DNA of 63,859 nucleotides, filler included, from Choristocarpus tenellus KU-1152 (GCA_964200185.2; 11 parts of 11 records of this genome joined end to end with filler, not necessarily neighbours in it); one strand, 5' to 3'. Shown: positions 1-13,997, numbered from the whole stretch's first letter. Notes: generated by a model from the letters alone, not told the origin. Numbers and translations are program-made.

Positions 1-19
1 GTATCTAAGTCTTGTGCCC

Positions 20-340
20 TCTTACCTCCAGGCATTGCGCCGTCATGCTGTTCTTCATCGGGGTGTTTTGAGTCTGAACCCCAGAGAGACTTTTGGCCCA
101 AAGAATTAGGACTGACAGGTGATGACAGGATAGGCGAGCCACTCAAAGCATCCCAACAAACACCCGTTTTGGGAGCTTGTGAGGTTTTTGAACACAGTCA
201 AATGCAACTTGGTCGACTTTACACTGGTGATCCTCCACAGTCATGACAGCCCACCATCTCAAACCTTGCACATCTCCTGATCTATATGGGACCTATGCCT
301 TGTCCAGCAGGTTTATGATTCGGGCCATTCCCAGGCAAGA
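20..340 (-). mobile_element. Highly decayed RTE-like LINE 3' fragment
   Basis: Minus-strand fragments RLRWW.. and HKLPKRVFVGML resemble the RTE ORF C-terminal 'RLRWAG..RLPKRVMFGEL' region; many stops. Confidence 0.4.
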
Positions 341-938
341 TCGGAGCTTGCAAAAGTTATGTTACATCTAATTTCTAACGGAGGACAAAAGTACTACCTA
401 AATTAAATTATGACATACCTCCCACCTATGAGGTGCAGCACAAGGATCATAATACCAAGTAACCCAAAAGTTCACATCATTCCCAGAAATACATTTTGTG
501 AAAATATTCTTTGACAGAGGTGGGATGAGGATTTTATATATTTAGAAATGTTGACCTTGGCTTACTTATCTAAAACCACCTAAGCTTACTCTCAACAAAC
601 TATACAAGCTGTACAGAACATAGTACAAGTCCATTGAGGTGAGAGCCCTAGCAGCAGTAGACAATTGTGGTTACAGTGTCTACATGAAACTTGCGGTAAA
701 CAACTGATAACTTACTCCACAGCAGGTACCATTATCATGATCCTGTGACAACCTTGGCGTTTGTGACAACTCTAGTGTCAAGTTTCAATCCCCCAATCCC
801 CCAACCAAAGATGGTAAGTCACCTTTATCAGCAATCTGGAGGTGAGGTTAAATTTCGCATTTCTTACATCCATATTACTTCCAAAAACAAAATCAGGTCT
901 GTGTTGAATGGTTATGGCCTGCTTGTTTTCAGGTCAAG

Positions 939-3900
939 TTAGTAACTCTCTGCAGGATTGGGTCTCCGCCGTCTCGAGGATGCACCATCATAGCTTCTGC
1001 GACCTGAGGAAAAGATTAGCAATAAATTTGATAAAGTTGAAGCATTCTCTGCATAGTCTTCATATGTGTACTTAAGCACCAGGAAGAGGAGAGTTACCAC
1101 CAAATGACCAAACAACCGGCGGAACCTACATGCTATTTGTTGTGTAGCCTGCAAGATATTCAAGTTTACATTCAAGGGACAACATACATAACAAAACCTT
1201 CACCTAAAGTGTTGTTACTTAAAGATAAAAGACAGAACCACCTCATACTCAGAACCATACAATACACATTACCTATCATCATCTCCTGGCATTCATCACA
1301 CAAACCCTTGTCACTGCTGTATAATAGAGTATTGATCCAGTCAATACTGTTACTAAAACCTTGCTAGTGCAAACCTCAACACACATAGAACAGACAAAGG
1401 AGGCATCCTTACCCCATCACCAAACAAAGCCTTTTGTATACTCATCAGCAAAGCGTCAATACATAAACTAGACACCAACACAGCATAAACCAGAGTATTT
1501 GCCAAGAAAGCATGATGATTGTAATGCTCAGCACCACAAACAGGAAAGAGCAGCAATACTTTAGCAAGAATAAGGCAGACTTGTTTTCCAGTCACCTTGT
1601 TTCCTCTTGGACTTGTGAGATTCGCCAGATGCTTTACGTTTGTAAGAGCTGGAAGACTCCCCATACACTTCTTGCACGTCCTCCATCTGATGCTCTCCCT
1701 CATTCTAACAGCAAAATCATGGGAGCGAGAGGTACTCATTAGGGCTACATAAACATTGGATCACAATATTAGTCAAATGTCATGTGTTTCTTGTTTGCAT
1801 CTCAAAAGGATGTGACAATTTAGGTCCAATAGTACTCTCTATAAGCATAAAACAAAACAAATCCACTCTACAGCTTTACTGAAGAGACATTAAAACATCA
1901 ACTCCTTCACACACCTTCCAAACCAGATTAGAATTGATTTTTGGAAGAGTCCTTGAAGCCAGTCCCTCATCAGGAAAAATTACATGTGAGAGCAGGCTTC
2001 CTGTCCATTGATGAGATGTCTGAGTGCTGCAAAACATTGCAACAATCAAGCGTTCATGAACAGCCTGAAATGCCCTTCGACAGTCCCCCACCTGGTTGGT
2101 TGATCAGTCACACAGTGCACAATTGGGATAGTACCTGTCAGGGTCACTATTGAGTTTCTGCAGGCGCAGTCCATATTATAGCTTTGGGAATTCCTCCTTT
2201 AAAACAATTCATGCTGACCAGTCGGGATACTGAGTCTCCATCTATTTCCAAGAAACAAGACCAACCTTGAACTTACCTTGAAGGAATTGGAACCCACATC
2301 AATCCCACTGTCATGTGGGTTCTGAAAGCTCAGCAATGCTGGCCTTTCATGCTTGACCCAGCCCATATCCCTCTTATTGTAGAACCCTCCCCCGTCTTGA
2401 CCCAACAATGTGATCCCTGTAAGACAATATATTGACATACATGATAATTCTTCACAGCATGGACAGGGAGAATGAAACTAAAGTAATTGTGCCATGAAGG
2501 GATATTGACAGCACCCCCACTCCCTACAGCATAACTACATCCGATCAACAATGATACATCAATAGGTGCATGAAAACATTTTTCTTCCCTACTGTACCAA
2601 TCATTCAAAATCTCACCAGCTGCACAATAGTTCAGTTTGTTGCCAAATAGATCCAAGAACTCCAGAAGCACAAACCCCAGATTGGTAGGCCCATGTATTC
2701 CATGACCAGTGTAAGTCCGTCCACATTTTTGCACCACTGAGATAACCATTAGCTGTTCAACCAGGTGGTGTACGGAATTGTCATGGTCATAATTGAGTAT
2801 GATACAAGATAAACGTACACACAGGTGTGGTAATTCTGTTAACAACGGTGTAACTTTTTGGTGTTGTGAATCATAACAATTCCATCAAGTCAACTCATTT
2901 TCAATCAAAGCACAATTGAGATCATAACTAAAACCTTTCATTTAGTTGGAGAACTGTACAATTTGCTCTATGCTTACTCGCAATTCAACCAACTTTCAAT
3001 TCAAAAAATACAAAACTAATTTTTCAATTACTCATAACTTTTATAGCATGTTGGGGTTAGGATGGATCGATTTGTTTGTGAATACCATTTGTCAACATGT
3101 GCAGTGGGATAGAAACACCCCTTGGTGAGGGTACATTCCATGGCAAGCCATGAGCATCCTACAGAGAGTAAACCTTCTGCTCCTTCTCTCAACCCCAAAA
3201 ACTAGGAAACAGTGTATTGATGGCAAATATACTCAAAGAGCAATACTGCACCTGCAGCAGGAAGGAGCCTATCCCCCCTTGGAATGTCTCATGGAGTCGC
3301 CGCTGACGCATGAAGTACTTGAGCACTAGCACTAGTGGTCGTACCTGTCCACACATACCATGGAACAAAGTGACAAGCATTGCAGCAGACCAGCACCAAT
3401 GGCAAATAAGTACTAAATATCATAAGGGGATGGGAACCAGAATGATTTTGACTGATATTGCAAGATTGTTTTCAATTTAAAGGAACAATCACTTCACTGC
3501 TGTATCTTCAGTACTGCAGTGCTGCACCACTTGAACAACACTACACTTTAGTAGCACAATGTGAACACATGCGAAATATAATGGATATATATGTTTTGGA
3601 CTGGAGTGTTACTAGAAATCACTTTCAATATATGTTTGAACATAGGTACTGCAACATATGACACGTGTTTGGTATACTTCTGTTATCTGTTACAGCGTAA
3701 CATAGTCTCAAGAGTACACCTGTCAATAGGCAAGTAGTAGTGCCTAAAGTACTCTATCCACTGTATCCGCACCGTAATCATTTGTGCCATCATCTCTTTA
3801 GCTGCACTGCCTGTTAACAGCCCAGAGTCTTGGTTGAAAGAAATGTCAACCTGTTTCCCAGTTGCAGTGTGGACAAACTTGACAAGCGGTACCTTAGCCT

Positions 3901-5690
3901 TGTGAATCACTGTAACATTGTGCACCTGGCAAGTAAGGACGCTTCATGTTCAGGAGAATACATACAAAGATTTGGATGAGAAAACTGACTAAGAAATCTT
4001 ACACTATTGAAACACAAATAAATCTACCAAGGCTGGGAAGTGAAGGGCAATATAGCTAACTGTAAAACTGGTCTAAATTCACAAACTACATATCCAACCA
4101 GAAACCTGAAAACCATACCAACTTGCAGCTTACTGTAAAAAGAGGATTGTAGACAAGAGATGGACCAGACCACTTGTGTCAGAACCCCACTGACTAATTC
4201 TGCCCTGACTAACAGGATGTATTACAGTGCTCAACTAATTCATCTCCCCAAGTAAAGTATATAGATAAAGCATAGATCATGGCAGGGTTCAACACTTTGA
4301 ACTCTAATGTATCCAACATGTTGACAAAAATTACACAGCAGCATGTGAGCAGCCATCTAGAAGTGCATTTGAGTGTTCAACATGGTATCAATAGTAAAAA
4401 AAGCTGTCCTACTGGAGTGCCCACCTCCCCTCTGTTTGATCTCCTGGACATAACCTGCCCCAGCGTTGTCAAAGCGTCCCATTTCGCTCCAAGGCACACT
4501 GCATCAATGTCACTGTTTGGTTGAAGCAGACCTGACGGCCACAGGAGAACAAGGTCAGCACTCAGGACTTAGAAGTGACCCCAACAAAGCACTATAGCAA
4601 AAATAACTGGTAAGGGGCCATTTCCTAGTGATAGCTTGTCCTACAACTGGAGGGTATCTTAATGTGTGTGTTGTGGGTCAAGTCTAACAAAAACAAGTGT
4701 CAAAGTGTGTCTGCCTTACAATCAATATACAGAGGTTGCCAGTCTTCAGATTCATATTTCACTATTTCACCTGCATCAACATAGCGATGGGTGTCTGAAA
4801 TCAAGCATTTTCATTGTAAGAGCTTTTTTTCTCTAGTCAAATAGCAGTGTGCAATATGCTACAGATGAGATCTGTGCGTAACATGCAACCACCAATTCAA
4901 AAACACAGGAAGATGTTCCCTCCAACCCCTGCAGCGATTAAAATAGTGTTACATGGAATTAACACACCCACAGAACAGTTGTAGGATGAAAGTACAAAAT
5001 GAGGACTTGCATCTCTATTTTTCACCTATTAAACACAGTGGTATATTAGACCTAATGGTGCAGCATGACCTCAACTCCATCTCAGTCAGTCAAGACATAC
5101 TTCAACTTGTACAGGAAGTAAACAGCTGCAACATTGGTTGCTCGCCTTGACTGCAATTTCATCCCCACATACTCTTATTTCCACCAAAATGCAATACACA
5201 CCTGTCAGCTGAGACCCAAAAACCTCCACACGGACTTTGGGACCGCATGTTTGAAAGACTACATCCTTGACATACTGCAGTGCAATCGCACTGGACACAA
5301 TCACGGCAAGATGGGCAGAGGGTTGTGCTAACTTGAATGACTGGGAGTTTTTACATTACACAGAAAGGAAATAGTTTGGAAAATGTCTTTCAATGATGCC
5401 CATCAGTGGGCTTTAGTGGTACACTGTTTTTAGAAGCGGTGTGTGCATCACTTTGGTACTGCTGCTTACAGTCTTTCTTACACACTAACAGCGACAAGAA
5501 ACCTGGACAATGCAGGGGTATAAGATTTGTAGCAAGACCCCACAGTGACCTTGAACCAGAAACTCACGTTTTTTCTTGCTCTTCGGTGGTAGGCGTAATC
5601 AAGTCGCAAAAGTCCAAAATCTCATTGTGCAGTGTTACCAAGGGGTACCCAGGGGTGACACTCTCCTCACGGTACCAGGGCAGTTTTTGC
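939..5690 (-). CDS. TENT4: Non-canonical poly(A) polymerase, TENT4/PAPD5/Trf4-like (8 exons reconstructed; 5' exon(s) uncertain, possibly up to ~6500-6700)
   Basis: Phase-consistent GT-AG exons 5690-5568, 5290-5202, 4531-4425, 3925-3773, 3344-3252, 2752-2617, 2416-2277, 1148-939. They give LHNEILDFCDLITPTTEEQ..VEVFGSQLTGLLQPNSDIDAV..AKVPLVKF..VDISFN..RPLVLVLKYFMRQRRLHETFQGGIGSFLL..NLGFVLLEFLDLFG..LSFQNPHD..DVGSNSF, which contain the GS, DxD and third Asp motifs of Trf4-type nucleotidyltransferases. Confidence 0.93.
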
Positions 5691-7022
5691 CTGGAAAAAT
5701 GGATTAATGGAACCCGCAGGACAATGAGGTTGGGTCATTTTCTAGTAACCTCGCCCTAACTTGTTGAGGCAGTATGTTGACAATTTGTAAGTAGAAACTT
5801 GAAAGTGTCTGCAATATAGATTAAAATGTCTAAACACTAATAATAGTTAAAGGATGAAAATCACCTTCAGAACCTCATGTTTTCTCCTGTAAAGTTCAAG
5901 ACTTTAAATATCGATTTCGATGAGTGCGACGAAATGGTCGGATAGAGTTGTATGGAGACAATGACCACACCAGCCAAGCCGCTGATGGGCAAGTTCGACC
6001 TTCAAAGAAAACAGAAACACGCTATGTCAATATATGAAGATGTATACACAGCACATGTAGGACGAACAGAGGATGGCGTTCGTATTACCACAGCAAGCAG
6101 TACAGCAATCTGCACCTGATAATTGATAGGAACGAAAGAGATACAACGTGCACCAGGCCTAGCGCTGCCATCAAGCCTAAACTGTATTTCATACGTAGTC
6201 GGCGCAGGGACCCTGCTCTTCAAGAACCCCAGTTTGAAGAAAAAAACATTTTCTAAGGTCTCCTTAACGTCACCATCCTTATCAGTGTCTAGAAAACAAC
6301 AGGCAAAGAGGAACCACTAGCATATTGTAGTCCTAGCCCTTTCACGGGCCCATTTTTCGACTGAGGGATATTTCGAGCCTCGAGTCGGCGCAAGAACAAT
6401 CATCCCCAATCCTATCCTCTCACCTTTCATTGGAATTGTCTTCAGATGTTTTGCCACCTTCATCGAGAGGAATGTATCCATCATTATCAATCCCCTGTAC
6501 AAGAGACAGGCAAATAGTAAAATAGGTCAAGTGAATAGAAATAAAAGCTTGAATATCCTTAATTGTAGACGCTTATACGAGGTCACCCGTGGCTTACTTG
6601 CCTCCATTTTTGCACTCCGTTCAAAGTATGTAGACAATACCTTTTGAACTTCCTCACTTTCACACCATACATCGGAGAGGTGTCTTCATAGAATTATCGA
6701 ATCACAAATTATCGCAATGTACGATGTGAATGGAAAATCTTTTCTACAAAATTGAGTTGTTGGGGAATGTGGGTAAGTATGTTATGTGCCAAGCATGTTG
6801 GGGGATTCCATTTACATAACTATCATTATCACATTCTACCACTATCACCCTAGTCTAAGAATCTTAGACCTGTGGTCAAAAAAGTAGTCCGATGAGGAAG
6901 GTAGTCTACACTACTACTACTTGAGAAAGGCAACAATGATCATTGAAGAAAACAAACCAGTTAAAGAAGAAGCAAAGAGATATGAAAAGAATAAAACCCG
7001 GACAGCAAGCAAAACACCACCA

Positions 7023-7270
7023 GAGGCAGAGTATCTTAGAGGGTAGAACCGCGTCCATTTGGGGGTCAAAATCCAATGTTACGATTTTGATGTAGTTTTG
7101 GCTATCGTTTTTGTGAGGAGTGTCAATATCTATGTTTCAGACACGAATGTTCAAAACGTATACTTTTTTCCTCCTCCGGAACATTTTGGAGTAGGAAAGA
7201 GTCATAAAAAGACCCAAGCCCCAAATGGACAAGCAGGGCAAAATTCGTACCCTATAAGATACTTTCACTC
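7023..7270. mobile_element. MITE family A, copy 1
   Basis: Terminal inverted repeats GAG(G)CAGAGTATCTTAGAGGGTA...TACCCTATAAGATACTTTCACTC; flanked by ACCA/ACCA. Confidence 0.88.
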
Positions 7271-8026
7271 ACCACCCAACAAAACATGCCACAAAGAGAA
7301 GAAAGAAAATTGAACAAGGTATACCAAGATATCCCCCACAAAGATAACAGCATTCAACAGAAAGTGGTGGTGGTGGTGTTAGCGGCTTGGGCAACCTTAC
7401 GTGCTGGTTTGGTGTGATACACATTAGCTATCACCTGTTCCTTGGAATGCTATTCAACCTTGAAACTCATTGTGCTGTTAGACACACTCATGCAATTCCT
7501 GTTGGCTAGTGACTCTCGTGCTCCAACCCTCAACTCCAAATAATATCAAAATTGTCAAGGTCATCTTGGAGACATGTCCATCGGTTCTCCTCTCGACCTT
7601 ACTTTCGTTTTCCAGCTCCAAGGTCCCCAAACATCAGTATCTCAGGAGATTGCTCATCCCCCATGAAAGCAACTGACCCATAAAATAGGTGTCTCCACAC
7701 GCGCACCATTGCCTCAATGAGTCGAAGTAAACGAGAGGTACCCAGGGTTGCATTTTAAGGATGCTGACAAATATGTGCAAATTGGCGAATCTTCTGAATT
7801 CTGTGCAAAAATTTCAACAATTAGAGAAACAAACGCTTTCAGGTCAATCTTAGCACTTCATCCATAGAAATAATAAGGGGGGACTTGTTACAGGCGAATA
7901 ACGCGAGTATTTCTTCCCACGCTTTGACTAGCACAAGCAGCATACACGCGTGGGGAACCCCAAAAGGGGGAACCCCGATTCATCTAAAAGTTGCAGAATA
8001 TACTGTAACTCGGGTAGTTGCAGAGG

Positions 8027-8126
8027 NNNNNNNNNNNNNNNNNNNNNNNNNNNNNNNNNNNNNNNNNNNNTTAATTAATTAANNNNNNNNNNNNNNNNNN
8101 NNNNNNNNNNNNNNNNNNNNNNNNNN
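8027..8126. other. Artificial contig spacer (N44-TTAATTAATTAA-N44)
   Basis: The same spacer recurs at 16859-16958, 20581-20680, 24345-24444, 29446-29545, 39332-39431, 43940-44039, 47880-47979, 54658-54757 and 59213-59312; TTAATTAATTAA places stops in all six frames. Confidence 0.99.
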
Positions 8127-9093
8127 CCCCCCCTCCAGCCCCTCCACTGTTCATCGATCCATTTTCGCCAACCCTTTCAAATCCTCCCCCTCCTCCGCCC
8201 TCCCTGAGTGAACTCAAATATTTTTCCAGTTGTAGACGCGCACGATTCCTTCTCCTCCGTCGCTTTCCACTACGACGATCTGGTTCCTTGCTTTCATTTC
8301 CACGTTCTACAGGTCGTGCAAGCTTCAGGAAAAGCTTCCGGGATAAGAATCCCCTGAAGCAACGCTGGACCTACTGGTTGATTGGAGATAAATATAATCA
8401 GTATTATTTTCGCAATGCAGTACCTCTCAGAGACCCGAGATGACACATTATAGCTGTCTTGTTGAAGTGAATCCCATCAATTAATGGCTTCCCGACAATC
8501 TACGGCACCCCGCTCTCCAATTTGTCACAAATGGCAAGCATTGTGCTCAGATTGTCTCGAACTTGCCTGCAGCGCTGCCAATATGTGCGCTGCAACAGGA
8601 CTCATCCATGGGTTGCGAAGGATATATCTGCGTACATGTCTCGGTTTAACGGCGAAGGTACTTCGCCACGCTCTACCCCTGTTCCCCTCCCATCGACGTC
8701 GAATTCCCTTAGGAAGGTTTGAATGGCACGGGGGTTCCATAAGGCCTGCTCCTTTGCCAGCATTACTATCCTCTTCAGTGACATCTGTAGAATTCCATAG
8801 GAGGGGGTCCTTTGCCAACGATCGAGAGTCTATGGAGACCATCGGCTCGTCACAGGATCGTAAACTGTATGTTGTGTAATCCCGATTGGAGTTAAACTCA
8901 AATTTGTGTGTTCAGATTAGCATGTTTTGCCGTTTCCATCTTTATCATGGTGTTGTTGTTCTTGCAAAGGCGTTTCGTTCCTTTTTGATCCTCACAAACA
9001 AAACCATTTAGTCAAGTCCAGACAGAGAGACGAAGGGAAGAGGGGAGGGAAGAGGAGATCTGACCTTTCGAAGGTCTCTCATTTTCTGCGACA

Positions 9094-12000
9094 ATGTCTA
9101 TCCCCGTCATTTCATCTGGATATGGAGATCCAGACTTCAGTGCCCTGGCCATGGAATCGGAAAGTCTGCTGTCCCATATCCCCAGGCCAAACGGCCTGCC
9201 CCTGCTCAACAAGAACCTTGCAGAGATTGTAAGTGCAGGGGTACTAATGCTATCATGGGTTGAGATTCATGAAGATTGGTAGGATTGCACCTTTGCAATG
9301 ATATCTCATGTTGCATTGTATATTAATCTGTTTGGTAGCAGTTGCCAATGCATCCAGTGTGGGCTTCCCTGGCTCATGCTCAGCGACTATCCATTTCGGA
9401 GATTGCATAAAGAATTCCCTATTTCGTACTCGTTTCCATCTATACCCCATTTTGTTGTCCCACTGTTCACTTGGTCATGGTGGCCACTTTCGTACTGGCT
9501 GATCCTTTCGCTTGGCAACTTTGTTGGATTCAGCATTGGGATTGCTTTTTGTTGTGCTCGTCATCCCGTCTACTGTGGGTGAAATGTTGCATGCAGCTTT
9601 AGTAGTTACTCAGTCCCTGGAACTAGGACCTTGCTGTTGAGCGTTCGTTCATACAACCCCGATTTGCATCCACGAATTTCGAACTCTGGGCCAAGTGTGG
9701 CCTGTTAGATCCTTGATTCCGCCGTGTCCACCCTCCTTGCCTTCCCCTCCGCAATTAGAAAGACTAGTCAATGCGTATTTTTGAGATCCGCAGTTCGTGC
9801 TCAGTAATGGGGATTTCCATGGTCACATTGCCTGGTCTTTCTGTTGGAAGACCTTTCAACTTGTGTTGGATCCCCAATAGTCCCGATCTACCTCTAATTC
9901 GCCCAGGACATCTTTGCAATAAACGATCCGCTGACCTATTCTATCTCTTCATGTTCCAATTTGGTGGCAATATAACATGGGTTTGGAGGTGACCAGATGA
10001 GAAGTGCCAATCGCTTCAGATGTTTCGAAAACATCATCTTTTTCTACCTCAACCATTGTACGCTGTGTTGCAACTCGTGCGTCTTCGCCCAGGAACGAGG
10101 TTCATGGCTTCTTGGAGCAGAAGCAAAGGCAACTGGTCAGAGAGAGGCCCTGGCCCTCGGAACAACACCTCACAAGGCAGAGCAGCGCCAGGAGCGCAAG
10201 GGCATGGTGAGAGACCGACATTGTACACCAACATGCTCCACAATCTTGACATTCCTTGATACCACCACTAGAATGCAACGGATGAATCTCCCCAAGTTTA
10301 CATCTGACTTTCCCCAGGTTTAGGCTGTTCTAGATGCTGTTTCCAGTCATGCCAATGTGGACCTGACCCTATTTTTTTGAAGTGCTGCTTCATGTTGCAT
10401 GTCCTTTGGCTCCTCTTTATTCTAAGCATGACTTGGAGCATGATTACCTTTCCCTGTGCTTGTCACCTGACATCTATTCCCCTGTATCAATACATCCATT
10501 CTCTTGACGTTGTCACAGTCCACAACCGTGAAACCCCCCACCCCTCCTGTCCCCCCAACACCTCTCCCCTCTTTTCCTATTTTCATTTTTGAATGCTTGA
10601 AAGATTCTTCTATCTAGGAAAAGGTTTGACCCTGAGGCTCTTGAGAGGGATGTGGATGCAGTGCAGCTTCAGGGCCAGTACCAGCCTCTCCAGCCTTTGG
10701 GAGAGACTGACATAGAGGTCAGTTTTGAGTAGCACCGATATTCTTGAAATATGAGAATGCTGTGTGCCATGAACAACGCAATAATGAATTTTTAAGTGTG
10801 TATGCCCATATTAGATGAGGACGAAAAAAGCATACATAACATACCCATTTTGTGTTCTTAACATTTGGCAAAACCTTAACGCTCGTGCTATGAAAGAGTA
10901 ATGCCATCCAAGGTGTGTGATGTTATTTGTGTTCCTTTTTTGATGGTGTTGAAATGCAATGCTAAGCTTTGTATTCTCTGAGTGTGTTTCTGCACTACAT
11001 AATATTTTGAAACTCATTACCAAATGCCATAACTCTGACCTGTTTATTGTGCTTCCAATGTCAGTGTTTCTTTTCAAAGAGTGCGATCGTCCCAACCGTT
11101 AATTCCACTGTGCTTAGATGTGTTGGTCAGCTTCAAGTTCTTGTTGCAACAGTCCTTTTTTGGAGGTAGTGGTTTTGGTTTTGGTTATTGTTGCCTTGCT
11201 GTGCACCTTTATCAACACCATCACTTCATGGATGATTTGCAACAGTGATCTTAAATGGTAATGTCAAACCCTCACTGTCCTGGAGCTGGCCATCCTGTCC
11301 ACTACAGTGCTGGTATCAAAATGTACTACTGAACTTTATTTTTGTGTTGTACCTTTTAACTGAGAAACTAATCTCCCATTTACTCTTTCAATGTGATGGA
11401 CACCTGGAAGTTTTCATTTGCAACTGTTATTCAGTTGCATTCGAAATTTCTCTGCGAACACTAAGTAACTCCCTGCCCTAAACCTGCTGTTTTGAGTTGA
11501 AGTTTAACTTCTTTACCATGCCCTAGTTGTTGAGTGATATTCATGGGCCACTTTTTTAGGATGAGCTGTTTCGAAATTTGAAGTCAATGTTAAATTGTAC
11601 GTTCAGTGATGTTTTAAATGTTGACGTATCACCGTATCATACCATCAGGGCAAAAAATCTAGCATTTTTATTTTTGCTGCCCTGGTGCAACACTGACAAC
11701 TCAATACTAGTTATTTTAGTATTGATGCATTTGGCAAAATCAGAGGCTATAGCCCTACCCCTCTTCCTTCATGGGGAATCACTGCAATAGTGGGGTGTTC
11801 TCCCAGAATAGTCATCTCAGTCTTGCGCTTCTCATTGATCCCATTTCCCGGATTCCGTTACTAAATAGCCTTTATCCTCTTACCATGTAGAGTAGCAGTC
11901 CTTTTATCCTCTCGCCGATAAAAAGCTGTCAGGAAAGCGGGCATGCCAGGGTTTGGACTCATGACCAGAGTTACGGCAAAATATTTGAGGTACCACTGTT

Positions 12001-13676
12001 CCACTAAGTACACAGTAAGTGGAGAGTACCCTTACTACACCCAGAATACTCCATTTTTTCTCTGCTCTTCACCAGTGTGTACAATTTGTGGCGGTGTAAT
12101 AGGCTGTAAGTGCACAAGATGGTAGCAGATTTTCTTGATTTTTTGTTGGGACCTTGTAATAGTCCCTTTCAAAAGTTTCCCTAACCCTAACCCTAACCCT
12201 AACCCTAACCCTAAATCAGACAATGTATACCTGTTCCGTGCGAACTGAACCTGGTCAGTTGAAGTGTTAGGCAATTCATTCCCCTGTGAGAAAGTTCAAC
12301 TGTGCAAAAGAAAGTATTTGATGATACAAAAGAGAAACTTCAATCACGCCTGTCTTGAGATGGATGATACAAACTTTTTTTGGTGTCCTATTTGTTCTTG
12401 ACGTGAGAAGAGGAGAGGAGTGTGAGCGCTTGCGGCTGCTTTGTGTGTCATTTGTTGAGGTATTGAAACCTACGGTTAGTCTCTACCATGGCGAGAATTT
12501 ATTGAAGTGCTCGTGCTGTCCTGAATCCAACTACCTTCAAATTTCTGTCAACCTTGACACTGACCCTCATTCTCCTAGAGTTAACCTCGACCCTAACCCT
12601 AAGCATGAGTATGTTACGTTAATACCTTAATGTGTTTTGACTGTATATAGCAGCAGAGTTTACCTGACCCCAATACTCTCGATTGTCGATGCTTGGTTCT
12701 CATTGGCTAATCCTTGATTATTATTGACTAATTCTTGATTCTTACTGGCTAATGTTCTGACCTCGACGGTTGTGTCTTGTGTCCCTTACCCTCTTAATAT
12801 ACGCACTTTTGTCTCTGTGTTTTGTGAATTATATGTATATATATACTTATGTGTGTGTGGTACATAAGTTGGCTTGTCTTTGTTCAATGAAGGTAGGGTT
12901 AGGGTTATATAGATACTGTGTAGGTATGGCGTGACTCTCACCTCGGACTGTATCCTGATCTTGACAAATACTGCGCCAGAATAGGCTTTCCATGAATAGG
13001 TTGCATCGGGTATGTCTTGTATATGTATACTGCATCGCACTTTTTCAACTCTTTGGATCTAGCGTGACTCTTTGCTTAGCCACTAACCCTGCGATTGACC
13101 TTCCTATCCATCCCCCTAACCCTATATCCCCTAACCCCTTCACCGCAGCAGACCTGATGATTTTTTATTTTATTTTTTACTGTGTCATGGTGCTGACAAC
13201 ACATAGATGGAATTGAGATGACACTTGATACTTACAAGCTTTTTGTGTAGGAATGGGTGTAGAAATGAGTGGGGTGCATTGGAATGCGTGCAAAGTCATG
13301 TCGGAACAAACACCGAGTGGTATCTAAATCATAATCATTGATAATCTCTCTGTGTTCACACACAGGGGTATGCATTTTTGTGTGGTTACTGATTGTGTGC
13401 ATGTATTTATGTCTTGTGGAATGGTAAAAGTGGTGGCATTTTGTGCATGTCCAAATATACTCGATAGCTTTTTTTTTCCCCTACTGGCACTTCTTCTGTA
13501 CCCTTTTTTTCCCCTACTGGCACTCCTTCTGTACCCTTTTTTGTCAGGGTTATTTGGCTCACCACCACGATATGATCATGGTTACTGCAGTCGAGGAGAC
13601 AAGAAGGGCAGCAGAAGAGAGTGCCTTGATCAGGCAGAGGGAGTGGGAGGGGGACACGTGGAGAGCCAAAAAGAAG
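9094..13676 (+). CDS. NUP93: Nucleoporin Nup93/Nic96, N-terminal exons (gene continues beyond what can be traced)
   Basis: Phase-0 exons 9094-9228, 10093-10206, 10604-10717, 13548-13676 give MSIP..DFSALAMESESLLSHIPRPNGLPLLNKNLAEIERGS..ILLSRKRFDPEALERDV..YQPLQPLGETDIEGYLAHHHDMIMVTAVEETRR..WRAKKK. This matches the Nup93 N-terminus pattern (LP.l.rNL.EI; EP..dTDI.gyL..h...i..AiEE). Confidence 0.87.
12179..12214 (+). repeat. Interstitial telomeric repeat (CCCTAA)6
   Basis: Six perfect CCCTAA units inside a NUP93 intron; shorter tracts at about 12591, 12894, 13698, 15837, 15968, 16011, 51015, 52469 and 55670. Confidence 0.9.
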
Positions 13677-13997
13677 GCAAGAAAGAGCTCACTCTATCCC
13701 TAACCCTAAACGTGGGAAAATACCCATTCCAGGTTCAAGGGTTAGGGTTGTGGCACAACAAGCGTATCAACCTTTCTGTGTACATTTCTTTACTACTAAC
13801 AGTATATTGGCTCTTTGTTCTCTTGAGAGATTGTGTGTGTGTATGTATGTGTGTATGTATGTGTGTATGTGTGTGTGTGTGTGTGTTTTTTAGAAGCACT
13901 GCTCACAATTCTTCTCAACGTACCCAACAGTTGTGTGATCAATAGATGAGTAGATTTTATTGTGCACCAAATCGCCTTGAGTTTCCTTTAAGGAATG

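Noticed and set aside
8071-8082. Recurring TTAATTAATTAA motif and ORFs ending in '..XXXLIN'
   Set aside because: Artificial scaffold spacer, not biological.
8130-8860. Possible second Sola-like transposase relic on the minus strand (VRVYNWK; PRAIQTFLREFDVDGRG)
   Set aside because: The resemblance needs several frameshifts and lacks the catalytic motifs. The region lies just upstream of the NUP93 start and is as easily the first exon of a divergent host gene.
9253-9450. GKPTLDALAT as a DIRS-type adenine methyltransferase motif
   Set aside because: No downstream NPPF/Y motif; it lies within NUP93 intron 1.
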